Origin: Atractiella rhizophila
Lineage: Eukaryota
Reading direction: 5' to 3'
DNA length: 44,506 nucleotides
NCBI GenBank assembly: GCA_021432655.1
Contig: MU271518.1
Span: 1 to 44,506, forward strand
Shown piece after piece: positions 42,475-44,506 of the stretch. Position numbers and translations under genes: made by a program. Numbering within the stretch: the stretch's first letter is position 1; each line of letters starts with the position of its first letter. The notes under the pieces are model-generated. The model searched no databases, had not been told where the DNA came from, and saw only the letters and a list, made by a program, of their open reading frames with translations.

Positions 42475-44328
42475 ATGCCTCCTTCTCGCCTACTGCAGCA
42501 CACGGCGGTCGCAGTGTTCCTCTCCATCGCACTCTACTTCTACCTCACCACAAACACTTTCACCCCGGACACTGAACAGCTCTACATCCATGAATCCGCT
42601 TCGCGTGTCTCCCAAGTGCCGTTTCGTCCCACCTCCCCAGAACACATCCCTAAAGTCGCAATCATCGGTGCAGGTGCAGCCGGTTCTTCAGCCGCTTTCT
42701 TCCTCTCGCATCTCTCCTCCTCCGTCTCCACACTCCCTCCTGTCGACATAACAGTGTACGAACGCCGTCCCTACGTTGGCGGCAGGTCAACCGTGATCAT
42801 CCCTTTTATCAACAACGACGAACTTCCACAGGGCTTTGAGAGTACCATCGCGGACGATGTCGAGTTGGTAGAACTTGGCGCGTCGATTTTCGTGGAGGCA
42901 AATAGGAACTTGTGGAAGATCTCGGATGTGCTGGGGTTGGAGAGGATTGAAGGATTGGGTGGTGAGAATGGAGGGAAGACTGCCATTTGGAATGGAAGGG
43001 AGGTGCTGTTAATGATGGGTGGGAGTTGGATTGATAAAGCAAAGGCTTTATGGGTGCGTCACGTCTTCTCAGGACTAATTCAAAACTGAGTATTTGATAA
43101 TGATAATAGAGATACGGCGTATCGCCCCTGCGTGTTGATTCCTACACTGCAAAAGCCGTAAACGGCTTCCTCGCTGTATACAAGTCAGCATTTACCTCTC
43201 TGGGTCCTTTTCCTTCTATCCCATCCTTTCTTCAACGCCCCCCACTCTCCGATGACTCCCTACCTTTTTCCGACCTCGTCTCCAACACATTCTATCCATG
43301 GTTCACGTCGAAGGTCTCTTCCTTTGGCCTGTCCACCTACCTCAAAGAAATTGGCGGTGTCGCCTGCGGAGTCAACTATGGAACGGGAGTGAACGTCATC
43401 TCCGCATTAGGAGGATTCGTTTCATTTGCGGCCAACGGAGCGGTACACATCAAAGGAGGCAACAGACTCATGTTCTCCGGCTTCCTCGAGAAGGCGAACG
43501 AGCTGTCCGGAGGTAGAGTCAAGCTCGAGCTGGAGACCGCAGTCTCGTACGCTAAGCAGTTGAGGGACGAGCGGGGAGATGTGATTGGATGGAACGTGAG
43601 CTATACAGATTACGCCACCGGTCGTCTGCGAGGGTACGACATCTACGATGCCATAGTGCTCGCTAGTCCAATGCAGCTCCTCGAGCCCATGATCACCTTC
43701 GACTTCGGCTCTCCTTCGTCCCCTTCTTCCCCCTCGGAGAAGCCAAGTTCCGTGCGCACTTATGATGGAGCGCACAAAGGGATAGACCTTGTCCCGAAGA
43801 TGAATTTCGTCCATCTCCACGTCACCATGGTTGTTACGAATGCCACAAGGCCGGATAAGAAATATTTCGGATTCAAAGATAACGAGGAGGGACCGGGAGG
43901 AGTCTACGGCACTTTCGATGCCTTAGACGGGGAAGATGCTCGTGAGATCCTTGACTTTCATTCGTAAGCCTTTTTAATCGGGTCACGGACGACTCAAGAA
44001 CTGACTATTTGTTTATTCTTCGTTTCAAAGTCTCAACTACCTCAAACGCCTAAATACTACTGGCACAGAAGACCTCTTCATCGTCAAGTTCTTCTCCCTA
44101 CGCGCTCTATCCAAGGAGAAGTTAGGAGAGGTATTCGGAGGAGTGGAGAACCTGATTTGGGTACTGAGAAAGGAATGGAACGTATACGCCGAGTACGCCT
44201 CCCACGTCGTGCTGTCCTCTCAGCGACGATCCTCCTTTCATCTGACAATGATGTTTGTGACTAGATTGACTCCCGTGACAAATTCCAAAGATTTTGCAGA
44301 CTTCCGACTAGCCGAACGTTTATATTAA
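42475..44328 (+). CDS. Prenylcysteine oxidase/lyase (PCYOX1-like FAD oxidase), apparently C-terminally truncated
   Basis: N-terminal signal anchor, KVAIIGAGAAGSSAAFFL, ITVYERRPYVGGRS, VELGASIFVEANRNL, VNYG, IKGGNRLMF, FVHLHVT, FHSLNYL and IVKFFS. Ends RLAERLY* at 44326-44328. Confidence 0.82.
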
Positions 44329-44506
44329 GGGTGAGCTGGGTCGAGGCTGCAAACCACATGGGCTTCTCCAGAACCTGCTCGTTACTCTGTCGCAAAAGGC
44401 GGCTGTGACAACGTCAAAGGTAGCGCCTCTGCTACGCGACAGTTTTGAAAATCGTTACTCGCTCAGCCTTTCTCTCCTCCCTAACGTATGGAGTTTCCGC
44501 CTTCCT

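Overview
Intron-rich fungal genomic DNA with short (~45-70 nt) spliceosomal introns, microexons and two GC-AG introns. The gene style suggests a basidiomycete (inference). In order the window holds: a PRP43 DEAH helicase with a ~1.2-kb internal tandem duplication; an F-box protein; an orphan membrane-protein gene; YAK1 kinase; a second, inverted paralog of the orphan gene; two paralogous MDR enoyl-reductase-like genes about 12 kb apart that bracket a DUF1774-like membrane protein, a group II PLP decarboxylase and a TBC Rab-GAP; a second F-box gene; an ABCC transporter; an Ssu1/Mae1 (TDT) transporter; a repeat/MITE patch; and a prenylcysteine oxidase that appears 3'-truncated. Four observations stand out. 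(1) An unrecognised two-member membrane-protein family flanks YAK1, sharing a conserved motif and an ATG-only first coding exon. (2) PRP43 has two synonymously diverged copies joined at a stop-creating junction. (3) One orphan gene carries a frame-compensated duplication. (4) A Harbinger/Tourist-like element is bracketed by an 82-bp direct repeat. All gene models were spliced by eye and no database searches were run.
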